Positions 28,173-37,076 of a stretch of DNA of 64,000 nucleotides are shown here, piece after piece. The notes under the pieces are model-generated. The model saw nothing but the letters and a program-made list of their open reading frames with translations, did no database searches and was not told the origin of the DNA. The position numbers and the translations under genes were made by a program. Origin of the DNA: Gemmatimonadota bacterium (GTDB taxonomy: Bacteria; JAAXHH01); assembly GCA_009835325.1 (NCBI GenBank), contig VXWP01000087.1, positions 21,231-85,230 on the forward strand. The letters run 5' to 3'. Numbering within the stretch: the stretch's first letter is position 1; every line of letters starts with the position of its first letter.

Positions 28173-28588
28173 GTGCGTTTATCCCTGATTTGCGGCCGCG
28201 CAGTCCTGCCGCGCCGCAGTTCTTCCGCCCCTGCCGCAGTCCGAACGCGGAATGCGGTCCGAATGCGGAAGCGGTGGTTTCGTACGTGGAAGCCGCGCAG
28301 AACCGCGGCCTCCGCGTCAGTCATTGCCGGGGAACATGGGTATGCCCGGGACTGCCGAGAGGCCCTTCCAGTCGCATTCATCCCGAGCGTAGTGAGTTGT
28401 CGCATACTTGAACAAAGCAATATAAAAAAGATGATACGACGGTTCAAGCAAAAACCTGACGGCTCCCTGACGGCCCCAGGGTCGCGCGCTTGGGACGCAA
28501 TACGCGTGCACGAACCGGTCCGCGACCCTGCATGGTTACAGGATGGTAACACGACAGTTAAAACTAGGGTTGTGCCACCCGACGGAGA

Positions 28589-28627
28589 CCGGATATATTG
28601 ATTGGCGTACAGTATCCGGATCTTTTT
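28589..28627 (+). terminator. intrinsic-terminator-like hairpin in the leader of the 28669 membrane-protein gene
   Basis: CCGGATA (28589-95), 17-nt loop, TATCCGG (28613-19), then ATCTTTTT; no upstream plus-strand gene to terminate. Confidence 0.45.
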
Positions 28628-28668
28628 CCCCCTCTAAAACCTGTTTTCCTGTTTCGGCGCACCGAATC

Positions 28669-30657
28669 ATGACATCCCTTACGCGAATCGGTATACCGCG
28701 GCCCGGCATATTGCGATCGGCCGGCATATCCCGCCGCGCCGTCGTCCTGGGGCTGGCCCTCGCCGTCCTGATCAACATCTGGGTGCCCTTCGGCTCTTTC
28801 ATCCTGCAGTCCTCCCGCATGACGGTAGGGCACCTGCCGATCTCGGTCCTCATACCGTTCTTCTTCCTGCTCTTCATCGTCAACCCCGCCCTGCGCACGT
28901 GGCGGCCGACCTGGGTGCTGACCGGAAACGAACTGGCCCTGGTCTTCGTGATGATGTTCGTTTCCTCCCTCGTGCCGGGCAAGGTACTGGTCGCCTATCT
29001 CATGGGGGTCATCGCGACGCCGTACTATTTCGCGCGCCCCGAGAACCAGTGGGCGGTCACCTTTTTCCAGTACCTGCCCGACTGGCTGCTCGTAAGCGGC
29101 CAGGGCAATACGCTGGTGTGGTTCTACGAAGGGATCCCGGAGGGGGCCGGCGACGTCATCTGGGGACCCTGGCTGCCGCCCCTCTTCTGGTGGCTGACCT
29201 TCTTCGTTATGCTCTTCTTTATGGGCGCCTGCATGTCCACCATCATGCGGAGGACGTGGGTGGCCCACGAAAGACTGTCCTTTCCGCTCGTCCGGATGGC
29301 CGTCGACCTGATCCGCCACGACGACCGGACGGAACGGACGTTCCCCGGTTTCGTGTACGACCGCATGTTCCAGGTGGGCTTCGGCGTCACGCTGGCCCTC
29401 ATGATCTGGAACATCTCCGCGTTCTGGGGCGCTATTTCGCCCATACCCATCGGGGCGCTCTACCACACTAACCTTAACTTCCTGGAGGGCTTCACTGCCA
29501 TCCGGGTCAGCGTCAACATATATGCCCTGTGCTTCGCCTTCCTGGCACCGCTCGAGATTACCTTCAGCCTGTGGTTCTTCGCCCTGTGCGGCGTATTGGA
29601 AGGCGGCCTGCTCGACCGCGTCGGACTCCAGTATTCCGGCAGCCCGGTGGGCGTGAACGCCGTGGTGAAGGCCCAGTTCTTCGGCGGGTTCATCGTATTC
29701 GTCATCTGGCACCTGTGGACGGCCCGCGAGCAGATCGCCGACGTTTTCCGGCGAGCCATGCGCAGCGGTGAGCAAGCGCCCACGGAGCTAATGTCCTACC
29801 GCGTGGCCGTGCTCGGACTGGCGGGCAGCGTGGTGTACCTGGTGGCCTGGCTGGTGGGATCGGGCCTTTCGTGGCATGTGGTGCCCATATATCTGTTCTT
29901 CCTCTTCGTCCTGTACCTGGGCACGGCGCGGATCATCGCCCAGACGGGCCTGGCGTTTCTGGACCTGCCGGTCAATGCCCACCATTTCACCATCCTGACT
30001 ATGGGATCGGGGAACATCGACCCCCAGAGCCTGACCACCCTCGGCCTGGGATCCGCCTACGCCCGGAACTGGCGGGGCATGGGCATCGGCACCATCGCCC
30101 AGTCCGACAAGGTGATGTCCGATCTGCAGCAGGACAAGCGGGGGATCCTCGCCCTCATGATCGCCACCTTCGTCATCAGCCTGCTGACGTCCGTCCTGTA
30201 TACGGTCTACATCGGCAATACGACCGTCGGCGCGTACAACTTCGGCGAGCGTGACGCCTTCGGCGGCAAAATCAACGAGTCGTACTACGACGACATCGTA
30301 CGGTGGATACGGAATGCTGACCAGCTGCAGCCGCCCGAGTTCCTCTTTATGGCCCTCGGCGGCGTCGCCATGCTCGTCATGACGGCCCTGTCCTACCGGT
30401 TTCCCGGCTGGCCTCTCGCACCGGTGGGGTTCACCGTGGCCTTCGCCGACGTGACCCGGCTCCTCATGTTCTCGCTGTTCCTGGCCTGGCTGATCAAGAT
30501 GCTTCTACTGCGGATCGGCGGGGTGACGTTCTACCGCCGGGCCCAGCCCTTTGCCTGGGGCGTGCTCGTGGGGTACACTACGGGGGTTTTTCTCGGGTTC
30601 GTCGTGGACTGGATCTGGTTCCCGGGGCAGGGGCACTCTCTGCATGAATGGACATAG
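28669..30657 (+). CDS. polytopic membrane protein of unknown function (many TM helices)
   Basis: ORF 28543..30657; start moved to MTSLTRIGIPRPGILRSAGISRRAVVLGLALAVLINIW. Hydrophobic throughout. Reminiscent, from memory only, of the Pfam DUF6785/DUF6784 membrane proteins. Confidence 0.7.
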   Translation: MTSLTRIGIPRPGILRSAGISRRAVVLGLALAVLINIWVPFGSFILQSSRMTVGHLPISVLIPFFFLLFIVNPALRTWRPTWVLTGNELALVFVMMFVSSLVPGKVLVAYLMGVIATPYYFARPENQWAVTFFQYLPDWLLVSGQGNTLVWFYEGIPEGAGDVIWGPWLPPLFWWLTFFVMLFFMGACMSTIMRRTWVAHERLSFPLVRMAVDLIRHDDRTERTFPGFVYDRMFQVGFGVTLALMIWNISAFWGAISPIPIGALYHTNLNFLEGFTAIRVSVNIYALCFAFLAPLEITFSLWFFALCGVLEGGLLDRVGLQYSGSPVGVNAVVKAQFFGGFIVFVIWHLWTAREQIADVFRRAMRSGEQAPTELMSYRVAVLGLAGSVVYLVAWLVGSGLSWHVVPIYLFFLFVLYLGTARIIAQTGLAFLDLPVNAHHFTILTMGSGNIDPQSLTTLGLGSAYARNWRGMGIGTIAQSDKVMSDLQQDKRGILALMIATFVISLLTSVLYTVYIGNTTVGAYNFGERDAFGGKINESYYDDIVRWIRNADQLQPPEFLFMALGGVAMLVMTALSYRFPGWPLAPVGFTVAFADVTRLLMFSLFLAWLIKMLLLRIGGVTFYRRAQPFAWGVLVGYTTGVFLGFVVDWIWFPGQGHSLHEWT

Positions 30658-30706
30658 CCTTGCGCGGGCTCCCGGTCAGGGGCACGCCCTGCACGTATGG
30701 ACGTAG
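30622..30706. repeat. 36-bp stop-containing duplication (period 49, 29/36) of the membrane-protein 3' end
   Basis: Copy 1 (30622-30657) encodes PGQGHSLHEWT*; ghost copy (30671-30706) reads PGQGHALHVWT*. Confidence 0.9.
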
Positions 30707-30729
30707 CCGGGGCCGACTGCGGTCAGTGA

Positions 30730-31641
30730 TTACCGGTGTATATACAATGGCTCCACGTCCCGCAGGAGCCGGTCGATCTCGGCGAGGTCGTGCCGGTCCA
30801 GCCTCCCCGGCGCCCGCGTGTAGGTCGACGCGATCAGTCCCCGCCGTTTCAGGATCTCCTTGCAGAAGATCACGCCTTGCAGGCTTTCGATATTAATGAG
30901 CGGTAATAGCCGGGTGTGGATCTCCCGCGCACCTTCCACGTCGCCGGACCGGTAGAGCTCGTAGAGGCGGACCAGCACGTCGGTGAACTCGCAGGCCGGC
31001 ATGGTGCCGCTCGCGCCGCGGTTCAGCTCGTCGATGAACCAGCGTCCGCCGAACCCGGTGAAGACGCCGTGCAGCTCGTCCCCGCAGGTCTCCAGCAGCG
31101 CCGTTACCGAATGGCCCGGAGGCATCATCTCTTCCTTGATGTATTTCACGTGCGGAATGTCCAGCAGCAATTCACGGATGACGGCCGGTGGGAGGCTGGA
31201 ACCCAGCGGCGGATCGAAGTTCTGGATGAAGACGGGTTTCCCCATGGCTTCCGCGACCCGGCGGTAGTAGTCGACCAGGCCGTCGAGTCCGGGCTTGAGC
31301 ACGTAGGGCGGCAGGGCGATGGCGCCGTCGGCGCCGGCCTCCCGCGCATGGCGGCTGAACATCACGGCGACCTCGGTACTCACCCCGGCCACGCCCGCGA
31401 TCATGGGGATGCGCCCGTCCACCTGCTCCACGGCCACGTCCACGACCCGTTTCCGCTCGTCGTCCGAGAGCAGCCAGAACTCGCTCACCATGACGGGATA
31501 GACGATACCGTGGGTGCCGGTATCCACGCAGAAATCGATCTGCCTCCGCAGTCCCTCCTCGTCCAGCGCGCCGTCGTCGGTAAAGGGCGTTTGCGGTATG
31601 GTGAATATGCCGTGCCAGCCCTGCCTGCCGTCGCTTTTCAT
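30730..31641 (-). CDS. dihydrodipicolinate synthase/N-acetylneuraminate lyase family aldolase
   Basis: 303 aa; GIFTIPQTPFTDDGALDEEGLRRQIDFCVDTGTHGIVYPV...IPMIAGVAG. Confidence 0.8.
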   Translation of the reverse strand: MKSDGRQGWHGIFTIPQTPFTDDGALDEEGLRRQIDFCVDTGTHGIVYPVMVSEFWLLSDDERKRVVDVAVEQVDGRIPMIAGVAGVSTEVAVMFSRHAREAGADGAIALPPYVLKPGLDGLVDYYRRVAEAMGKPVFIQNFDPPLGSSLPPAVIRELLLDIPHVKYIKEEMMPPGHSVTALLETCGDELHGVFTGFGGRWFIDELNRGASGTMPACEFTDVLVRLYELYRSGDVEGAREIHTRLLPLINIESLQGVIFCKEILKRRGLIASTYTRAPGRLDRHDLAEIDRLLRDVEPLYIHR

Positions 31642-31921
31642 GCCAACCTCCCTTGATCGGAACTAAGGTTTAATCCGTGATTGTGCGGCGCTTCCGGGGG
31701 CAGCCCAGGCACCACTCCGGCGGTATCCCGGGCACCGCTCCAGGGGCAGCCCGGACGCGCTTCCCGAAGGAGTCCGGACGCCTTTGCGGAAGGGGTCCGG
31801 GACGCGCCCGTAAACCAATATAATGATTGACAGAAGGGGTGCCACGCCCCTATTTTGTGTCGTTGTTTTTGAATGGATAAAAGGCGTGCAGCCGACGTGC
31901 AGAATACCCCGGGGAAGCTTG

Positions 31922-34594
31922 ATGACAACGGACGTGGAACCCGATGTAGCATCGCTGGAACTTCACGAATGGCTCGAATCGATTGAGTACGTCATATCGC
32001 AGGGCGACCCGGAGCGGACCCGCCGCATCCTCGCGGCGCTGGAGTCCCGGGCCGCCGAGTCCGGTGTACGCCTGCCCTTCTCCGCCAACACGCCCTACGT
32101 CAACACCTTTCCCGTCGAACTGCAGGAACCCTATCCCGGCGACCGCGACCTGGAACGGCGCATCAAGAACATCGTGCGCTGGAACGCGCTCGCCATGGTG
32201 GTCCGGGCCAACCGGGCCGACGCCTCCATAGGCGGGCACATCTCCACCTACGCGTCGTCCGCGACGCTCTACGAGGTGGGGTTCAACCACTTCTTCCGCA
32301 ACCGGAACGGAAGCCACGAGGGCGACCTCCTCTTCGTCCAGGGCCACGCCGCGCCCGGCATCTACGCGCGGGCCTATCTCGAAGGCCGTATCTCCGAAGA
32401 GCAGCTCAAACACTTCCGCCACGAGGTGAATTCGCCCGGGCTGTCGTCCTACCCCCATCCCTGGCTGATGCCGGATTTCTGGGAATTCCCCACGGTGTCC
32501 ATGGGCCTCGGCGCCATCACCGGTATCTACCAGGCCCGTTTCATGAAATACCTGGAGAACCGGGGGATCAAGAAGCCGAGCGATTCCAAGGTGTGGGTCA
32601 TGATGGGCGACGGGGAGATGGACGAGCCCGAGTCCCTCGGCGCTATCACCGTGCCGGTCGTCGAAAACCTCGACAACCTCATCTTCGTAATCAACTGCAA
32701 CCTGCAGCGGCTCGACGGCCCCGTCCGGGGCAATCACAAGATCATCCAGGAACTCGAGGCCATCTTCCGAGGCGCGGGATGGAACGTCATCAAGTGCATC
32801 TGGGGCAGCGACTGGGACCCCCTCCTGGAAAAGGACGGCGACGGACTCCTCGTGAACCGCATGCACGAGACGGTGGACGGCCAGTACCAGAAGTACAGCA
32901 TGGCGTCCGGCGAATACATCCGGAACAAGTTCTTCGGCGTCCATCCGGATTTGAAGAAGATGGTGGAACACCTGTCCGATTCACAGCTGCAGCACCTGCG
33001 GCGGGGCGGCCACGATCCGCTCAAGGTCTACCACGCCTACAAGGCCGCCGTGGAGAACGAGGGTTCGCCGACGGTCATCCTGATGAAGACGATCAAGGGA
33101 TACGGACTGGGCGACAGCGGGCAGGGCGCCAACAGCACCCACCAGATCAAGAAGATGGAGGACAGCGACCTGCTGGCCTTCCGGGACCGGTTCCGGATAC
33201 CGATTTCCGACGAGGACGTAGCCGAAGTGCCTTTCTACAAGCCGCCCGAGGACAGCGAGGAGATCCAGTATCTGCACGAGCGGCGCAGGGCCCTCGGCGG
33301 CTACGTGCCCTCCCGGCGGACGACCTTCACGCCGCTGCACGCGCCGAAGCAGGACAAGTACCGCAAGTACTACGAGGGGACGGACCGTCAGGTGTCGACG
33401 ACCATGGCCTTCGTCAATATCCTGTCGGACCTGATGCGCGACAAGGAAATCGGCAACCTGATCGTGCCCATCGTACCCGACGAGGCCCGGACCTTCGGCA
33501 TGGAGGCCCTGTTCCGGCAGTCCGGCATCTACTCCCCGGTGGGGCAGCTCTACGACCCGGTGGACAGCGAAACGCTCCTCTATTACCGCGAATCGAAAGA
33601 CGGCCAGCTGCTGGAAGAGGGCATTTCGGAAGCGGGCGCCATGTCGTCCTTCATCGCCGCCGGTACGGCCTACGCCACCTACGACATCAATACCATCCCT
33701 TTCTTCATCTACTATTCCATGTTCGGCCTGCAGCGCGTCGGCGACCTGGTCTGGTCCGCGGGCGACATGAAATGCAAGGGCTTCCTGGTGGGCGCCACGT
33801 CGGGGCGGACCACGCTGGCGGGCGAAGGACTCCAGCACCAGGACGGTAACAGCCACCTGCTGGCTTACCCCGTGCCGAACCTGCTGGCCTACGACCCGGC
33901 CTACGGCTACGAACTGGCGGTGATCATCGAAGAAGGCATCCGGCGCATGTACGAGGAGCAGGAGGACGTGTTCTACTACCTGACCGTGCACAACGAGAAC
34001 TACGCCATGCCGCCCATGCCCGGCGACCCCGAGGCGACCCGGGAGGGCATCCTCAAGGGGATGTACCTGTTCCGCAAGTCGGAGAAAAAAGACGGCGACC
34101 TGCGCGTCCAGCTCTTCGGAAGCGGCGCCATCCTGAACGAGGTGCTCAAGGCGGGACGGATCCTGGAGGAACAGTACGGCGTGGCCGCGGACGTCTGGAG
34201 CATCACCAGCTACAAGGCGCTGCACAACGAAGCGGTGGACGTGGAGCGGTGGAACATCATGCATCCCGAGGAAACGCCGCGCGTACCCTACGTGACTTCC
34301 TGTGTGGCCGACGTCCCGGGGCCCTACGTGGCGGCCTGCGACTACGTGAAAGCGCTGCCGGACACGGTATCCGCCTGGTTCCCGGGCCACCTGATCACGC
34401 TCGGGGCCGATGGATTCGGACGCAGCGACAGCCGCGCCGCCCTGCGGGATTTTTTCGAAGTGGACGCCCGCTATATCGCGCTGTCCGCGCTCTACGGCCT
34501 GATGCGCGACGGCAAACTGCCGGCTTCCACGCTGAAGCAGGCGATGGCCGACCTGGAGATCGACGCCGACAAGCCGAATCCGCTCATGCTGTGA
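31922..34594 (+). CDS. aceE: pyruvate dehydrogenase E1 component (homodimeric type)
   Basis: Start at MTTDVEPDVASLELHEWLESIEYV; RWNALAMVVRAN...GGHISTYASSATLYEVGFNHFF and GDGEMDEPESLGA ThDP motif. Confidence 0.95.
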   Translation: MTTDVEPDVASLELHEWLESIEYVISQGDPERTRRILAALESRAAESGVRLPFSANTPYVNTFPVELQEPYPGDRDLERRIKNIVRWNALAMVVRANRADASIGGHISTYASSATLYEVGFNHFFRNRNGSHEGDLLFVQGHAAPGIYARAYLEGRISEEQLKHFRHEVNSPGLSSYPHPWLMPDFWEFPTVSMGLGAITGIYQARFMKYLENRGIKKPSDSKVWVMMGDGEMDEPESLGAITVPVVENLDNLIFVINCNLQRLDGPVRGNHKIIQELEAIFRGAGWNVIKCIWGSDWDPLLEKDGDGLLVNRMHETVDGQYQKYSMASGEYIRNKFFGVHPDLKKMVEHLSDSQLQHLRRGGHDPLKVYHAYKAAVENEGSPTVILMKTIKGYGLGDSGQGANSTHQIKKMEDSDLLAFRDRFRIPISDEDVAEVPFYKPPEDSEEIQYLHERRRALGGYVPSRRTTFTPLHAPKQDKYRKYYEGTDRQVSTTMAFVNILSDLMRDKEIGNLIVPIVPDEARTFGMEALFRQSGIYSPVGQLYDPVDSETLLYYRESKDGQLLEEGISEAGAMSSFIAAGTAYATYDINTIPFFIYYSMFGLQRVGDLVWSAGDMKCKGFLVGATSGRTTLAGEGLQHQDGNSHLLAYPVPNLLAYDPAYGYELAVIIEEGIRRMYEEQEDVFYYLTVHNENYAMPPMPGDPEATREGILKGMYLFRKSEKKDGDLRVQLFGSGAILNEVLKAGRILEEQYGVAADVWSITSYKALHNEAVDVERWNIMHPEETPRVPYVTSCVADVPGPYVAACDYVKALPDTVSAWFPGHLITLGADGFGRSDSRAALRDFFEVDARYIALSALYGLMRDGKLPASTLKQAMADLEIDADKPNPLML

Positions 34595-34648
34595 CGGGCC
34601 GAAGCAGGCGATGGCCGTTCCGGAGATCGACGCCGACAAGCCGACTCC
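34534..34648. repeat. 48-bp duplication (period 67, 44/48) of the aceE 3' end into the aceE-aceF spacer
   Basis: gaagcaggcgatggccgacctggagatcgacgccgacaagccgaatcc (34534-34581) versus gaagcaggcgatggccgttccggagatcgacgccgacaagccgactcc (34601-34648). Confidence 0.95.
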
Positions 34649-34680
34649 ACACAAACTAATGGCAGAGGGACGCAAGACCT

Positions 34681-36093
34681 ATGGCAACGCCATTCAATCT
34701 TCCGGCGCTGGGTGAGAACGTCGACGCGGGCACCGTGGTAGGTATCCTGGTGGCCGTCGGGGATCAAGTCGAAGAAAACCAGCCCGTCCTGGAGATCGAG
34801 ACCGACAAGGCCAACCTCGAGGTGCCGTCGGGATTCAGCGGAGTGGTGACTGAAATCCTCGTGGAGAACGGCGCGACGGCCGAGGTAGGCGCGCCCGTGC
34901 TCATGTATGAAGAAGGGGCGGGAGAGGGTGCGACTGGCGGCGAGGCCGCCAGCGAGGCCCCCGCAGCGGAAGCGGACGGAAAGGCGGAGGCTGAAGCGCC
35001 TGGTGCCGACGGGCCTGCCGATGATGGTTCGGCGTCCACTATCGAAGTGCCTGCCGAGGAAACCACGGTTGCCGATGCTCCGGAGTCCGGTGTCAGCGAG
35101 CCACCCGCCGTGGAAACTGGGTCCTCAGAGAATACCACACCGCCTACACCACCGGCCCCGGTCGTTCCTGCAGCCGCTTCCACTTCAGGCGCGCCGGTAC
35201 CGGCGGCACCTTCCGTACGACGCTTCGCCCGGGAGATCGGGCTCGACATCGGCCAGGTACCGGGAACCGGTCCCGACGGCCGCATATCCGTCGAGGACGT
35301 CAAGTCTCATTCCAGGCAGTTGAGCGCCGGCCAAGGGGCTGCCGGTCCCTGGCCATCCGCTCCGGCTTCGCTGCCGGACTTCGCGAAATGGGGTCCGGTG
35401 GAGACCGAGCCCATGAGCAACCTGCGCCGCGCCGCCGCGGAACACCTGTCCGCAGCGTGGTCGAACATCCCCCACGTCACCTATGCCGACAAGGCCGACG
35501 TCACCGACATGGAAGCCCTGCGCAAGCAGTTCGGCCCCGCGGCCGAAGCCGCCGGCGGCAAGCTGACCATGACGGCCATCGCACTGAAGATCGTGGCCGC
35601 GGCGCTCAAGCGATTTCCTCTCTTCAACGCCAGCGTCGACATGGCCGGGCAGGAGATCATCCACAAGAAGTACTACCACGTGGGCGTGGCGGTCGACACG
35701 GACCGGGGCCTGGTCGTGCCGGTCATCCGGGACGTGGACCGGAAGAACATGGTCGAGTTGTCTGTCGAACTATCCGAGGTCGCCGCCCGGGCGCGGGACA
35801 GGAAGCTCTCGCCGGACGATATGCAGGGGAACACCTTCACGATCTCAAATCTGGGCGGGTTCGGCGGGACCTTCTTCGCGCCGATCATCAATGCGCCCGA
35901 CGTGGCCATCCTGGGGCTGGCGCGAAGCCGCATGGAACAGATATACGTGGATGGCGCGTTCCAGCCGCGTCTCATGCTGCCGCTGATGATCTCCTACGAC
36001 CACCGGCTCATCGACGGCGCGGACGGCGCCCGCTTCATGCAGTGGCTGGTCCAGGCCTTCGAGGAACCCTTCCTGCTCAGCCTGGAGGGTTGA
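34681..36093 (+). CDS. aceF: dihydrolipoamide acetyltransferase E2 component
   Basis: 470 aa; lipoyl domain LEIETDKANLEVPS, Ala/Pro linker, E3-binding PSVRRFAREIGLDIGQV, catalytic DHRLIDGA. Confidence 0.95.
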   Translation: MATPFNLPALGENVDAGTVVGILVAVGDQVEENQPVLEIETDKANLEVPSGFSGVVTEILVENGATAEVGAPVLMYEEGAGEGATGGEAASEAPAAEADGKAEAEAPGADGPADDGSASTIEVPAEETTVADAPESGVSEPPAVETGSSENTTPPTPPAPVVPAAASTSGAPVPAAPSVRRFAREIGLDIGQVPGTGPDGRISVEDVKSHSRQLSAGQGAAGPWPSAPASLPDFAKWGPVETEPMSNLRRAAAEHLSAAWSNIPHVTYADKADVTDMEALRKQFGPAAEAAGGKLTMTAIALKIVAAALKRFPLFNASVDMAGQEIIHKKYYHVGVAVDTDRGLVVPVIRDVDRKNMVELSVELSEVAARARDRKLSPDDMQGNTFTISNLGGFGGTFFAPIINAPDVAILGLARSRMEQIYVDGAFQPRLMLPLMISYDHRLIDGADGARFMQWLVQAFEEPFLLSLEG

Positions 36094-36180
36094 CGTACCG
36101 GACCAGACTTGCCGGATCGTACCTGCCGAATCCCCCAGTCCGGACTGAAGCCTGACGTGCCAGCCAGACCACATCCCAAT

Positions 36181-36214
36181 AAAAAAACGAGGCGGTCCTT
36201 GTCGAACCGCCCCG
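36181..36214 (-). terminator. rho-independent terminator of the 36279-36860 gene
   Basis: Minus strand CGGGGCGGT-tcgacaagg-ACCGCCTCG followed by TTTTTTT. Confidence 0.7.
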
Positions 36215-36278
36215 TCCAATTGATCTTCGTCGTACTGTAGTTGAACCCTGAATTCCAGGGTGCTCCGCTACCGGGAGA

Positions 36279-36860
36279 TCAGTCCACGGTCTCCATCGTC
36301 GTTGCCACCGATTTCAAGAGCCTGTCTTTCATATTCCACACCGTGTAACCGGTGTCGATCAGCCCGGTAGGCGCGTCCTTCCACTCGGCATCCTTGCCGT
36401 AGAGGAAATAGGCGTCCCAGACCATGGGGTCCTTGTGTTCCAGTTCCCCCGACTTCTTGTACCAGAATCCCAGTGCGTTCGCGGGGTCCCACATCTGGCT
36501 GACCCGTTTGTCGCTGAACACCTGCTCCGCCGCGATCTTGGCCGTATTGACCGCGTCGTTTCGGAGTATACGCTGCCAGACCACGTAGACCCGGAGGTCA
36601 TCGGAGGGAAACTTATTCAATATCTCTTGCTGCACCGCCCCGGCGCCGCTTATGCAGTGGCCTCAGGTAGGCGAGAACATCACGACGAGGCGGACTTTTC
36701 CGGTATCGCCGTTGAACGCCTTCTTGAAATCCACGAGGCTGAGCGGTTCCGGGTTGAAGCTAGTGTTGGTGTTGAGTTGAGCGCCGGCCTGCGAAGCCCA
36801 CGACAGGGCTCCGGCCAGGATCAGCGCGGTGACCAAGCGAATTCGGTTTGTCATTTGCAT
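36279..36860 (-). CDS. secreted thioredoxin-fold protein with in-frame TGA at the CxxC position (candidate selenocysteine, U-G-H-C)
   Basis: Track ORFs 36663..36860 and 36279..36635 share a frame and are separated by one TGA (36663-36665). Read-through gives signal peptide plus VRLVVMFSPT-[TGA]-GHCISGAGAVQQEIL... Confidence 0.55.
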
Positions 36861-36975
36861 CGATCCATTTTCAGGTGGTGGACTAAAACCCCGGTCGTCC
36901 CGGGCCGGTCGGGTTAACTATGATATCGACTATGCGTATAGATTGACAAGTGAAATCTTAAGCCTTTTGGACGGC

Positions 36976-37013
36976 GCAACTAGACCGGGACGATGCGACT
37001 AGACCGGGACGGC
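36976..37013. repeat. 19-bp x2 tandem repeat downstream of ychF
   Basis: gcaactagaccgggacgat / gcgactagaccgggacggc. Confidence 0.85.
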
Positions 37014-37017
37014 GTGG

Positions 37018-37076
37018 TCAGATCAGGTCCGCGCAGTCAGACGTTGAAGCGTGCTTTCAGACGCTGAACCGCACGT
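37018..37076. repeat. three about 20-bp TCAGA-initiated units; the last is the ychF stop plus final codons
   Basis: tcagacgttgaagcgtgctt (37037) versus tcagacgctgaaccgcacgt (37057), 15/20; weaker unit at 37018. Confidence 0.6.

Noticed and set aside
28560-28600. CUAGGGUU...ACGGAG in the membrane-gene leader resembled the start of the ykkC/guanidine-I riboswitch.
   Set aside because: The other conserved blocks (GGUCCGAGAG, ACACGGCGGGA) are not present in the right order. It is kept only as an unclassified leader.
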